A program made the position numbers and the translations under genes. Below are positions 28,313 through 37,312 of a DNA stretch of 64,000 nt, piece after piece; the first letter of the stretch is position 1; each line of letters starts with the position of its first letter. The notes under the pieces are model-generated. The model saw nothing but the letters and a program-made list of their open reading frames with translations. It did no database searches and was not told the DNA's origin. The stretch is from a virus (lineage: Duplodnaviria > Caudoviricetes). The stretch lies in IMG/VR virus record IMGVR_UViG_3300036770_004813, positions 1,482-65,481 of that record. One strand, written 5' to 3'.

Positions 28313-29382
28313 GCACCACTAGCCCCGCATGGCTTAACCATGCCCGCCTCATTGTCTCCGAGTTTGAAGGTTGTAGCCTCATCTCCTATCCCGATCCTGG
28401 CAGCGGAGCTGATCCGTGGACTATTGGGTGGGGTCACACAGGCCCTGGCATCAAACAGAACACCCGTATCAGCCAGGCCATGGCTGATGGCTTTCTGATC
28501 ATTGATCTAAAAGAGATGGCGGATCATCTCTTCACGATCCTCCCGCAGGCTGCCGACTATTCCCCTCAGCAGCAAGCCGCGCTGGTTTCCTTTGTCTACA
28601 GCATTGGCCCTGGTGCCCTCGCGGAATCCACCCTTAAGGAACGGCTCGATAACGGCGAAGATCCTCTGACGGTCGTATCTGAAGAGCTGCCACGGTGGAA
28701 CAAGGCCAGCGGAAAGGTGCTGGCAGGCCTGACCCGTCGCCGCAAGGCTGAGGTCGAACTTTTCAAAAAGGGCACAGTCCCTGTCAAGACCGCCACCACG
28801 GAGCCCACAAGCAAACAAGAGGCCGCACCCCAGGCCCCACCCCCACCCGCGCCCGTCTGGCCCGCTGGCATGGTTGGCCCCAAGAAAAGGCCAGACCTTA
28901 AGCCCGGTGATCACCACATCCTTGCCAATGACATAGCCGAGGTGATGACGGCCTTCACCCATGACGGCAAAAAGCTCTGGCAGATTCCCTGTCTCTGCCG
29001 TGGGCAAGGCAAAGAAGCTGAATGGTCCCGCACTGGGGAAGACACGCCACCCGGTCTATACCTTGTAGGCAAGGTCTACCGGGACTATGAAGATGATCCA
29101 TCAGAGACCTTCTCTGCCGATCGTCGCGCCTATGGCTGGTACAGCTTCGACCTCATCGGGCAGGAAGGGCAGGAGGGGCCAGACAGTAAGCCGTATCGGG
29201 ATGGGATCATGATTCATGGTGGCGGCAGTGCCTGCGGCTGGCCCGGTGCATGGGAGCCTCGGCAGCCACTGCACAGCACCCTAGGCTGTATCAGGCTTCA
29301 TAACCAGGACTTGAAAGAGCGCCTGCTGCCCCTGCTAGGCCTTGGGCGGATCTGGGTTTCAGTGTTGCAGGAGGCAAAATGA
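28309..29382 (+). CDS. Endolysin: GH24 lysozyme + Pro-rich linker + L,D-transpeptidase (YkuD)-like domain
   Basis: EFEG...YPDP...WTIGWGHT, ALVSFVY, GLTRRRKAE; TPPGLY...IMIHGG...TLGCIRLHN. Confidence 0.9.
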   Translation: MSTTSPAWLNHARLIVSEFEGCSLISYPDPGSGADPWTIGWGHTGPGIKQNTRISQAMADGFLIIDLKEMADHLFTILPQAADYSPQQQAALVSFVYSIGPGALAESTLKERLDNGEDPLTVVSEELPRWNKASGKVLAGLTRRRKAEVELFKKGTVPVKTATTEPTSKQEAAPQAPPPPAPVWPAGMVGPKKRPDLKPGDHHILANDIAEVMTAFTHDGKKLWQIPCLCRGQGKEAEWSRTGEDTPPGLYLVGKVYRDYEDDPSETFSADRRAYGWYSFDLIGQEGQEGPDSKPYRDGIMIHGGGSACGWPGAWEPRQPLHSTLGCIRLHNQDLKERLLPLLGLGRIWVSVLQEAK

Positions 29383-29726
29383 GGCGGGATCTACCTGTTG
29401 AACACGTTCGGCTAATTCTTACCTCTGCCGAAGGTCACACACAGCTAGGAAAAAAACTTGGCTGCTCACGCGAACTCGTCAGGCAAATACGGAATGGAAC
29501 ACTCTATAAAGAGGTTCTCCCAGATATTCCACGCAGGGAATACAGGATGGCGCTCTGTCATAACTGCCATTTCTACGACCACAAAAGAAAGGCTTGTGAT
29601 CTTGGCTTTCCTGAGGCCGAAAATGATGTCAACCTTCCAGGTTATGACTTCAGGGAAACAGGCCTGAACTATGCCAAGCGCTGTGCAACCTACCTCCCAG
29701 CAACAGAACAGGCAGCCGTAGCGTAG
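29379..29726 (+). CDS. HTH + Cys-cluster hypothetical protein
   Basis: LGKKLGCSRELVRQIRNG; CHNCHF...C...C. Confidence 0.6.
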   Translation: MRRDLPVEHVRLILTSAEGHTQLGKKLGCSRELVRQIRNGTLYKEVLPDIPRREYRMALCHNCHFYDHKRKACDLGFPEAENDVNLPGYDFRETGLNYAKRCATYLPATEQAAVA

Positions 29727-29780
29727 CCCCTATCAGGACAGGCAACAGTGCTACAGTGCAGGGGTGGACTTCGGGTAAGG

Positions 29781-29817
29781 GGCCCAGGGGATTAAGGCAC
29801 CCTGGGTCTTTTTTTTG
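29781..29817 (+). terminator. Rho-independent terminator
   Basis: GGCCCAGGG...CCCTGGGTC followed by a T run. Confidence 0.85.
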
Positions 29818-29884
29818 TTTGCTGTGTCCTAAATACAGACGTGTTCGCAAAAGATACGGACGTGTCCGAAAATGTCCGTAAAGC

Positions 29885-29908
29885 AAAAAGCCCAGGACTA
29901 GCCTGGGC
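29885..29908 (-). terminator. Rho-independent terminator after the tail tube gene
   Basis: GCCCAGG-CTAGT-CCTGGGC-TTTTT on the minus strand. Confidence 0.8.
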
Positions 29909-29930
29909 CATTTGATCTCTACCCGATGGA

Positions 29931-30557
29931 TCAGGCGTTATCGAAGATGGTGTAGACCTCGCCCAGTACGTTCATGGTGAAACCGTACTTAGTCAGTGCA
30001 CCGGCATCGCCCTCTTCAGACTTGCTCGCCAGGCGGCCATAGCAGAGCTTTTTCTCAGTCGTTCCACCAGGGCCAACCCGCAGCCACTTAAAGCCGAGGT
30101 TCTGAGAAACGGAATACTCCTGAAGAACCGTGAGCACCTTGTGATCTACGGACTTGTGGACCGTCATCCCCTTGTACGCAATGCTGTGGGTATTGCTCAC
30201 ACCAACGGTGATGGTGGCGCCACGATTGACAGCATCATGGGTGATAACTGTTTCATCGTTGGTCTGCGAGCTGAGGGGGGAGCCCGTGACGTTCAGCAGT
30301 TGGATCGGGTCGCCGGTTCCATCCAATGGATAAGCGGTGGTCCCGATTGTTAATTCCAGAAGGCCTGATGTGGCATTGATGTCGGTGGAAACAACGGCAT
30401 TCCCGCTGATTGCTGCCGATGCATCCAGCCACGCAGTAAGGGCCGTGCCGCCTGCTGCAGCGGTCTGGGCATCTTCCAACACGATCTCATTCATGAACAT
30501 CGGCACGAGGTAGTGTTGAATCGAGACCTGCGCTGTGTAAGCAACAGTGGTAGTCAT
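29931..30557 (-). CDS. Major tail tube protein
   Basis: 208 aa, Thr/Ala-rich, own late motif and terminator, adjacent to tail chaperones. Confidence 0.75.
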   Translation of the reverse strand: MTTTVAYTAQVSIQHYLVPMFMNEIVLEDAQTAAAGGTALTAWLDASAAISGNAVVSTDINATSGLLELTIGTTAYPLDGTGDPIQLLNVTGSPLSSQTNDETVITHDAVNRGATITVGVSNTHSIAYKGMTVHKSVDHKVLTVLQEYSVSQNLGFKWLRVGPGGTTEKKLCYGRLASKSEEGDAGALTKYGFTMNVLGEVYTIFDNA

Positions 30558-30595
30558 GGTCCGTTGAATTTGTTTCTACCGTCAGTTTTCCCGGC

Positions 30596-31261
30596 TTAGT
30601 TCATAATGGTCAGCACAGCAGCAGCCCTGGCACCCGCAAAGGCCCTGCCAGATATGATTTCATCAGGAACCCTTAGCGTAACGGCCTGACCTTGCTCTGA
30701 ATGAAACTCAAGGGTTTTGCCAGCAGCTGAGGCCTTAGCAATTAGGAAGCCTGCCCAGTGCTCCCGATCTTCTCGATAAGGTGCCAGAAGGATTGCATCA
30801 TCACAAGCGAAGCACAAGCGCTCTGGCGGCTTCTGCCCTCGGCCTTGCATCTCCAGATCAGCAAGCCATGGGCCATCCATCACAAAGGGTGGCAATAAAT
30901 TGCGCTCTAGCAGTTCAAGCATTGCAGCACCCGCAGCGCTCGGCGGCTTGGGCTTCTCTGCTACATCTGCCCAGAAGGTAAAGTCGTAGAGGCTGAAGGG
31001 TTCAGGATTCTTGCTTGGATCACGATTCGATTCAACTTGCAATAGGGCAAGCTGAGAGATGCCTAGCTCTTCCCTATGGAGCCTTTCCCGTTCCGCTTGG
31101 TAGCCCGCTTCAAGGGCAGCGAGGACGAAAGGGCCAGGGAGCTTGCCGAAGTTTTCCCTACTGAACTCTCTTGCGCCTGGCCAGAGCCTGCGACATTCCC
31201 AGAAGGCGCGGGGCCAATCTGGCCTGTCACAGTTGATTTCACCTCCTGCCGCAACTTTCCC
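30596..31261 (-). CDS. Tail assembly chaperone T-part, reached by -1 frameshift
   Basis: The -1 frame from G GGA AAG (31261-31255) is open without a stop into ORF 30596-31042. Confidence 0.8.
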   Translation of the reverse strand, partial: GKVAAGGEINCDRPDWPRAFWECRRLWPGAREFSRENFGKLPGPFVLAALEAGYQAERERLHREELGISQLALLQVESNRDPSKNPEPFSLYDFTFWADVAEKPKPPSAAGAAMLELLERNLLPPFVMDGPWLADLEMQGRGQKPPERLCFACDDAILLAPYREDREHWAGFLIAKASAAGKTLEFHSEQGQAVTLRVPDEIISGRAFAGARAAAVLTIMN

Positions 31262-31848
31262 AGCGTTTCCTCTAGCTCTCTCACTTGCTCTTCTGGATCC
31301 TCTGGCTTCCCGCCCGATTCTTCATCTTGATAGAACTTGTAAATCTGACTGAACAATGGTGGTGGTAGCTTTTGTGTTTGCTCATCCGTCCAGCCTGGCC
31401 TAATGCGTTGCAGAATCACAGTGGCGCCCCTGATTGGCACCCGGTCTGATGCTTCTTTTGCCTCCTCAAGGAATGGGCTGATCATTTCCCAGAAGTCAAT
31501 CTGCAGCGCCTGCTCTTGCTCGTTCACGGTGATCGGTGCGCCCATCTGACGTGCCACAAGGCGACTAAGAAAGCCAAAGCACTGCGCAGGGTTCATAACT
31601 GTATGGGCATAAGCATTCTCATTTTCATTGGCACGCTTCTGCAGGGCTTTGCTTAATGCAACTGCTGCTTTTGATGTGACACGATAAAGCACGTTCGATG
31701 GATCTACCTGTCGGACCTTGTTCAGCTCATTAACCTCTAAGAATCCGTATTTTGGAATTGTAAAGCTACCACCGTTCCATTCTGCGGTGAAGATTGATTC
31801 TTCTGCCGCTTCTGGTAACTGCTCCCAAGGGATAAGGTCAAGCGACAT
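31063..31848 (-). CDS. Tail assembly chaperone (lambda gpG-like)
   Basis: Contains the lambda-type slippery heptamer in the correct frame (L-G-K). Confidence 0.75.
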   Translation of the reverse strand: MSLDLIPWEQLPEAAEESIFTAEWNGGSFTIPKYGFLEVNELNKVRQVDPSNVLYRVTSKAAVALSKALQKRANENENAYAHTVMNPAQCFGFLSRLVARQMGAPITVNEQEQALQIDFWEMISPFLEEAKEASDRVPIRGATVILQRIRPGWTDEQTQKLPPPLFSQIYKFYQDEESGGKPEDPEEQVRELEETLGKLRQEVKSTVTGQIGPAPSGNVAGSGQAQESSVGKTSASSLALSSSLPLKRATKRNGKGSIGKS

Positions 31849-31880
31849 GTTCTAACCTGCCGTACCAAGATTGTGCTTCA

Positions 31881-32384
31881 TCATTTTATCTTATTCCACT
31901 CTCTGATGAATGCCCTATTGAAAGCGCCGTTGTAGTCATACTCTTCGATGTCAGAGATCTTCACAACACCTAGGACAGCCGAAGTCCATGGCCTAGCGGG
32001 AAGGTTTACCTTTGGCCGGTCCTTATCGCCCCATGGGTGGATATTGGCGCCATAGTGCACAGCCGTGGCATAACCGACAGACCATTTGAAGGTCGCTGTC
32101 AGGCCGTTTACGGTGAAGCTATTGGAGGCCCTTAAGGTGCCATTGTCCACGATGTTTCGAGGGCTGCCCACTTCTTTGCCCTTAGTTCGGGAGCCGTCAC
32201 GGCGATAGGTTCCACCGCGATAAGTGGTCCGTGGCCAATCCCAGACGGGAGCATTTATGGCCGCCTGAAACGCAGAATTCAATTCAGGAAAAACACTCCT
32301 CGCCGCTGCCTCTGCAGCCTGCGTCGTTCGACTGGTGAACCCAGTCGCTAGCTTAACGCCCGTGACTTTGACGCCTACTCTCAT
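31881..32384 (-). CDS. Neck/tail-completion protein (HK97 gp10-like)
   Basis: PRNIVDNGTLRAS...YATAVHYG...PARPW. Confidence 0.75.
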   Translation of the reverse strand: MRVGVKVTGVKLATGFTSRTTQAAEAAARSVFPELNSAFQAAINAPVWDWPRTTYRGGTYRRDGSRTKGKEVGSPRNIVDNGTLRASNSFTVNGLTATFKWSVGYATAVHYGANIHPWGDKDRPKVNLPARPWTSAVLGVVKISDIEEYDYNGAFNRAFIREWNKIK

Positions 32385-32851
32385 CTTCCTGCCGCAAAGG
32401 TGCCGGTAAATTCATCGCCGGCTTCAACCCTGACCAGCGCATCAATCCCGCCCACGGACGAGAGGGTGGCAATCGTCACATAGCCGCGCTCACCATCAGT
32501 CACCGCAGGCAGGGCAGATAGATTGCCCATGAAGGCCTCTAACTTCTGCCCCCTCGGTAGACCCGTGGGCTTTAGCCCCGTGTCATCCCATGCCCAGGCT
32601 GCACCAGCATCTAGCCAGTTCCCACCAGAAGGAACCACGGCCCATCTGGTGACATTTCCCTCAATGCTCGCCGCGCCAATATCACGGCCTCCAGAAGATT
32701 GCTCCCCTGAAGGCCCGGATAATTCCGCAAAGGCTTCAATCACCACCGCTTCAGTGTTAGGCCTGATGCCTTCCCTAAGAGAAGTGATCGAAGCCGTAGG
32801 GCGATGCCACAGCATCCGCAGGCTGGCAAAATCAGCAAAGGGTGTGGCCAT
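32381..32851 (-). CDS. Putative head-closure protein
   Basis: Position; late motif 5 nt upstream of ATG. Confidence 0.55.
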   Translation of the reverse strand: MATPFADFASLRMLWHRPTASITSLREGIRPNTEAVVIEAFAELSGPSGEQSSGGRDIGAASIEGNVTRWAVVPSGGNWLDAGAAWAWDDTGLKPTGLPRGQKLEAFMGNLSALPAVTDGERGYVTIATLSSVGGIDALVRVEAGDEFTGTFAAGR

Positions 32852-32865
32852 GCCCTAGTTTTCCC

Positions 32866-33990
32866 CTACCACGGCAGCAGTTGACTAGGTTCGCTAGCAA
32901 TGATGCCCAGCTTGTCATCACCCGGCATCATGTCGATTCCATCCTCATTGCGCTGCCTGAAGTATCCCCTGATCTGATCCCTTAGCCGTATCTTGTTTCC
33001 AGTCAACCTATACAGGCCCCGCGTATCACGGTAAATATCTGCATCGGGATTAAACTGATTCTCGATGAGGATCTTCCAGCGATCAACATAACGCCTGTTT
33101 ACCTTTGACCCGTGCCAATAGTGCAGGATGGTGCCATCAATAAAACCGATATTCTTTTTGATGTGCTCATCTGCCCTATGCTGCCAAGCTAAAACACGAT
33201 TGCGGTAAGAGGGGTGCATCTGACGATGGACGCTATCTTGCCCCTTCCCGATCAATGCCTTAGCCATGTGATGATCACCAGCTCCAAGGATTGCAAAATC
33301 CATGAAGCCTCCCACGGCATCTAGCGCATCCCGCCTGGCAGCCCAGGCGTAACCCGTATGCCATTTGTTGACGATTGAAGCGGGCTTATCCTGTGTGCCG
33401 TAGTAAACATCAGTTGCCGGTGGCTCCTGCCCCTGCTGCCAGCTATAGACAAACCCATGATGGGCAGCGATGGGTTCATAGGTTGGCGAGAGGTCTAGCG
33501 CAATGCTGAACATCTGAACAAAGTGATAATGCTGCAGCTTATGCAGGGTTTCACTTACCCAATCTGGCCGAGCAAAGATCAGGTCAGCATCAATCCAGGC
33601 AACATACTTCCAATCAGCGGGAAGATGCTGCAGGGCAATGTTAAGCAGGCATTCTTTTGTCCATATCTCTTGCAGGTGATCAACGCGAACCTTTATGTAA
33701 TCCTGCTTTAGCCTATTGGCTGGCAGCTTCGCAGCAAGCGGCACTGGGGCGGGGCCATGGGAGGTGTAGGTCGGCTCTTCTGTGGGGATCGGGACAGGGA
33801 CTGACCAATCGTCAGTAGCAGAGGTGCGCTCGCCAAAGCTACATTCCACTGTTAGCAAGATGGCGCCAGCATCGCGCACCATCTTCTGGAAATCTGTATA
33901 AAGTTTCCAGCGACGCTTAAAGCGTTGTGGGTTAAAAACTGGAGTGATCACATACAGCGGTTGCTGTACGTTATCCTTTGGATAGTGCAT
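32866..33990 (-). CDS. GT-A-fold glycosyltransferase-like protein
   Basis: KECLLNIA, YVAWIDAD (DxD), GGFMDFAILGAGD, HYWHG. Confidence 0.7.
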   Translation of the reverse strand: MHYPKDNVQQPLYVITPVFNPQRFKRRWKLYTDFQKMVRDAGAILLTVECSFGERTSATDDWSVPVPIPTEEPTYTSHGPAPVPLAAKLPANRLKQDYIKVRVDHLQEIWTKECLLNIALQHLPADWKYVAWIDADLIFARPDWVSETLHKLQHYHFVQMFSIALDLSPTYEPIAAHHGFVYSWQQGQEPPATDVYYGTQDKPASIVNKWHTGYAWAARRDALDAVGGFMDFAILGAGDHHMAKALIGKGQDSVHRQMHPSYRNRVLAWQHRADEHIKKNIGFIDGTILHYWHGSKVNRRYVDRWKILIENQFNPDADIYRDTRGLYRLTGNKIRLRDQIRGYFRQRNEDGIDMMPGDDKLGIIASEPSQLLPW

Positions 33991-33992
33991 GA

Positions 33993-34307
33993 TCAGTTAC
34001 CTCCGTTGAGTGCTTCCCTGAAACGCTTACGCAGCTCTCCGCGCTTCACCTTGTTTCCGATCTGGGCAACATGCGGGTTCAGCATGAGATAACCATTGCT
34101 CAGCTTGACCGCAAACCCTAAAGATATGATCCTGCTCAGGTTCTCTTCTGAATACTGATCAGGGTCTAGCATTCCATTCTGATCAGCACGGCGAAGCATC
34201 CGAGCAAATGATGCTGCTTCCTCTGGGGTGATGCCACCAGATTTGATCTGATAGAGCAGTTCGCCGGATGCCCTTAGGGTTGGGTCCGCTGGGTGTTGTG
34301 AAGACAT
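33993..34307 (-). CDS. Hypothetical protein (winged-helix-like)
   Basis: LSRIISLGFAVK...YLMLNP. Confidence 0.45.
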   Translation of the reverse strand: MSSQHPADPTLRASGELLYQIKSGGITPEEAASFARMLRRADQNGMLDPDQYSEENLSRIISLGFAVKLSNGYLMLNPHVAQIGNKVKRGELRKRFREALNGGN

Positions 34308-34361
34308 GATGCAACGGCTTTTGGTGGAGGAGTGCCGCCAGGTTCAGCTTATCCAACCTGC

Positions 34362-34874
34362 TTAGCTTCTGATCAGCATTCCACTACTTCCAGCCGACAC
34401 CCTAGGCCGTGGTTGAACATTAAGAGCGGATGCAATCCTTGCTACCAAAAGGTTAATGCGCTCATCACGTTGCCCCTGTGCGCTGGCCCTGGCGCCAGTG
34501 CCGAATCTATAGCGGGCCTTAAGTAGGCTTGTGTCCCATGTCAACTTGCCCGCCTGGCTGAGCTGCTGCGCCCGTGTTGGCGTGGTGCCGGGTATCGGCC
34601 CTTCATACTCTTCTGCATTGCCAAGGTGCGCCGTGCCATCGCTCACCGCGTCAGCCTGGGTTTCCTCTAGCTCCTCGATTTCATCTACCCAACCCTGAAC
34701 CTGCGTCACGGTGGCAGGAGAATTTTTGGCGACAGCATTGAGCTGCTGTATCAATTCAGTCAGGCTGCCATCGCTCGCGGGCCAGTTGACATACGTTCGG
34801 ATCAACGCAAGATCATTGACAGTGGCAGAGCTGCTATTGGGCCGCCAGAGGGGATCTACGGTGGGGAGGGTCAT
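34362..34874 (-). CDS. Putative head-tail adaptor
   Basis: Helical 170-aa protein ending LIRS, in the structural strand. Confidence 0.55.
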   Translation of the reverse strand: MTLPTVDPLWRPNSSSATVNDLALIRTYVNWPASDGSLTELIQQLNAVAKNSPATVTQVQGWVDEIEELEETQADAVSDGTAHLGNAEEYEGPIPGTTPTRAQQLSQAGKLTWDTSLLKARYRFGTGARASAQGQRDERINLLVARIASALNVQPRPRVSAGSSGMLIRS

Positions 34875-35122
34875 TCTGTAGCGGCGCTATCCTCTCCTTT
34901 AGCTTTCCCGCGTTTTACCCTTTCCCCATGAAGGCTCCCGAACCAAAAGCGATCCTGAGGTGACATGCTGCGAATCAGTAGCCTCAGGATGTCTTGCCCT
35001 TCATGTTCATCCGCAATCTCTGTTAAGACTTTGATACCTTGCCTTGCGCCCTCCTCATCCCGCAGGAGCACACAGACCGATAGGCCTTGAAACAATCGAA
35101 GGGAGGGCACGCGGGAATCCAT
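34871..35122 (-). CDS. Hypothetical protein
   Basis: ATGA-coupled to 34362-34874. Confidence 0.5.
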   Translation of the reverse strand: MDSRVPSLRLFQGLSVCVLLRDEEGARQGIKVLTEIADEHEGQDILRLLIRSMSPQDRFWFGSLHGERVKRGKAKGEDSAATE

Positions 35123-35361
35123 ACAGGGATTCTATCGGCTCTCCTAATCTGTATGCTATGTCAGCGCTTTCTACCAAGCATGCAGCAGCACGATCCCAAT
35201 TACAGCCGTCGGTATGACTATTTACAATCTCTTCGCCTGGAAATCGCCTTGCGCAATCCGGCTGCCTTGACCTACATCCCGCGTGAGGCGTTGCCAGGCC
35301 GCACGTTGGGCGGCGGTCACGGAATGATGACGGATTAACCAGGTCATTTGCTCAGGCTTTA

Positions 35362-35388
35362 CCCCTTCCCTTGGGGAGGGGTTTTTTA
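35362..35388 (+). terminator. Rho-independent terminator
   Basis: CCCCTTCC-CTTG-GGGAGGGG followed by T7. Confidence 0.8.
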
Positions 35389-35458
35389 TGCGATGAGACC
35401 CAATGCCCCTGTCCGGCTTTGCATCAATTTGTAAACTGTCCAGTTCTGGGATGGATGA

Positions 35459-35521
35459 GCGCAACGGCAGGCGCTACTATTTGGATATGGAGGCAAGACC
35501 TTCAACCCACCCAGCGATCCC
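35459..35521 (+). promoter_or_regulatory. Cassette header 1 (promoter, 5' hairpin, CACCCAGCGA)
   Basis: CGCAACGGCAGGCGCTACTAT...GGAGG-CAAGA-CCTTC...CACCCAGCGA-ATG. Confidence 0.75.
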
Positions 35522-35914
35522 ATGAAAGCCCTCTACATCACTGACGAGATTGACACCTGCGACTGTTGCGGTCGCACTGATCTGAAGGCCACAGTCGCCA
35601 TGCAGCTCAGTGACGGTGGCATCCTTCACTACGGACGCACTTGCGCTGCTCGCAATAGTGGTAAGGATCAACGCCAGATCAAACAAGAAATTGCCGACAA
35701 CAAGCAAGCTCGGATTGATGCCGCCTTTGATGAGCTTCGGGAAACTCCAGCGATGCAGGCTTGGTACGGCAAGCGCATTGAGCTTTATGCCAAGTACAAA
35801 GGTCGCCTCAGCAGCGCTGAATGGGCACGGATGATTGCGCCCGAAGCAGACGCAGTTGAGCAGGTCAAACAACAAATTGCTCAAAAGCACGGAATTTCAG
35901 CCTGCTGCCTCTGA
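35522..35914 (+). CDS. Zn-finger hypothetical protein
   Basis: CDCCGR...HYGRTCA; cassette header upstream. Confidence 0.75.
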   Translation: MKALYITDEIDTCDCCGRTDLKATVAMQLSDGGILHYGRTCAARNSGKDQRQIKQEIADNKQARIDAAFDELRETPAMQAWYGKRIELYAKYKGRLSSAEWARMIAPEADAVEQVKQQIAQKHGISACCL

Positions 35915-35947
35915 CCCCCGCCCCACCGGCCACACGCCACCCGCACC

Positions 35948-36127
35948 ATGGAACACAACACCGCTACAGACGCAGCCGCACTGCTGGCCGAAATCGACAC
36001 CGCGATGGCGGCATATACCGCCTCGATTGATCGGGGCCTGGCACTGGCCGCAGAGATGCGCCAGATGGCCAACACCATCGACAGCGGCATGGCCGATGCG
36101 CGGGCTGAGTTTGATGAGTGGTGGTGA
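35948..36127 (+). CDS. Small helical protein (59 aa)
   Basis: Read by hand (MEHNTATDAAALLAEID...); C-rich leader. Confidence 0.55.
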   Translation: MEHNTATDAAALLAEIDTAMAAYTASIDRGLALAAEMRQMANTIDSGMADARAEFDEWW

Positions 36128-36129
36128 GC

Positions 36130-36456
36130 ATGAATCACCCACGCATCCCCACCTTTAACCATCTTCCACAGCCTCCGATTGATTGTGAACACCTCTTCGC
36201 GGTCTGGCCACCCTTAGTTTTGCCAGATGGCCTAACTGCTGATCACGTTGTTGCCGGCATCCCTATGGAGTCATGGATGGGCCCCGACTACGGCATCCAA
36301 GTCTTTGCGTCTGACGCCTACGGTCGAGTGATCGACTGGCTGCCCGTCTGGGACACGCATGACGGCATTGATTTATCACCAGTTGACTGGCCCGCTAACT
36401 GGGTTGACGTGGTGTGCGGTGCTTTCCAAGTACTGCTGCCGAAATCCGATGCCTGA
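36130..36456 (+). CDS. Hypothetical protein
   Basis: ORF in the plus-strand cassette. Confidence 0.55.
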   Translation: MNHPRIPTFNHLPQPPIDCEHLFAVWPPLVLPDGLTADHVVAGIPMESWMGPDYGIQVFASDAYGRVIDWLPVWDTHDGIDLSPVDWPANWVDVVCGAFQVLLPKSDA

Positions 36457-36512
36457 CCCCCACGGCCCGCCGGGAGCCTATCCCGGCAATCCATCCCACT
36501 GCACCACACGCC

Positions 36513-36764
36513 ATGACCGATCCTTTTCTCTCCAATGTCACCCCGCTTGTCCAGTTTGGTGAGCAATCAATGCAATTTCCGCCACACCCTTTGCCGCCAG
36601 ATCAAATTACGCTTCCTGTTGTTCAGGCTATCAAGGCTTCCATACCTTCCGGTCTAAAGCCCGGATGGCATACAGCAACAATCACTTTCAAGCTAAACGA
36701 AGAGGGAGGCCTAACGCAAATTGATGAGTACAAAGTTTCCAGCTTTGGTAATGACAAGCCATGA
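36513..36764 (+). CDS. Hypothetical protein
   Basis: C-rich leader before ATG 36513. Confidence 0.5.
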   Translation: MTDPFLSNVTPLVQFGEQSMQFPPHPLPPDQITLPVVQAIKASIPSGLKPGWHTATITFKLNEEGGLTQIDEYKVSSFGNDKP

Positions 36765-36921
36765 TCCACCCCTACGAAATCCACCTGCAAGCCCCCTCCG
36801 GCCAGCGCCGCACCCTGCACCTGCAGGCCCAGTCCCCAACCCATGCCATGGCGTCAGCAATCGAGCTGGCAGGCCTCGGTCCCAAGGCAACGGTGATCCG
36901 CTGTTATCGCCTAGGGGACTG

Positions 36922-37224
36922 GTGAGCGATCCCACCAACGCCGAACGCTCCCGCCGCTGGCGTGCCAGGAAGGCCGGAAAGATCCCACCAGCAGAGCGGT
37001 TGATCTGCTCAGCCTGCGGCAAGGGTCGCAGCGGACGCTATGGGGAAATCTGCCGCCGTTGCTGGGAGAGGGTCACGCCAGAAGGGAGGGCAGCAAAGGC
37101 TAAGAGGGTGGCGAAGACTAGGGGAAAACATGCCGACGCCGCCGATCCCTTTGCTCTTCTATCGGAAGCAGAGGCGAGAGCGCAAATCAAAGCAAACGCA
37201 AAAAAATGGCGTGACAGATTGTGA
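36922..37224 (+). CDS. Basic Zn-ribbon protein
   Basis: DPTNAERSRRWRAR...CSACG...CRRCW. Confidence 0.6.
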   Translation: MSDPTNAERSRRWRARKAGKIPPAERLICSACGKGRSGRYGEICRRCWERVTPEGRAAKAKRVAKTRGKHADAADPFALLSEAEARAQIKANAKKWRDRL

Positions 37225-37249
37225 ACAGGCCCGCCGGATGCACGGCAAC

Positions 37250-37312
37250 CGCAACGGTAGGCGCTACATTATGTGCATCGGAGGGGAGGCCCTCCACCAC
37301 CCACGACAGACA
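37250..37312 (+). promoter_or_regulatory. Cassette header 2
   Basis: CGCAACGGTAGGCGCTACATT...GGAGGG-GAGG-CCCTCC...CACCCACGA. Confidence 0.7.

Noticed and set aside
31083-31158. Other GGGAAA(G/A) runs as the frameshift site
   Set aside because: They read GGG AAA in the 0 frame rather than X XXY YYZ; only 31255-31261 has the lambda phasing
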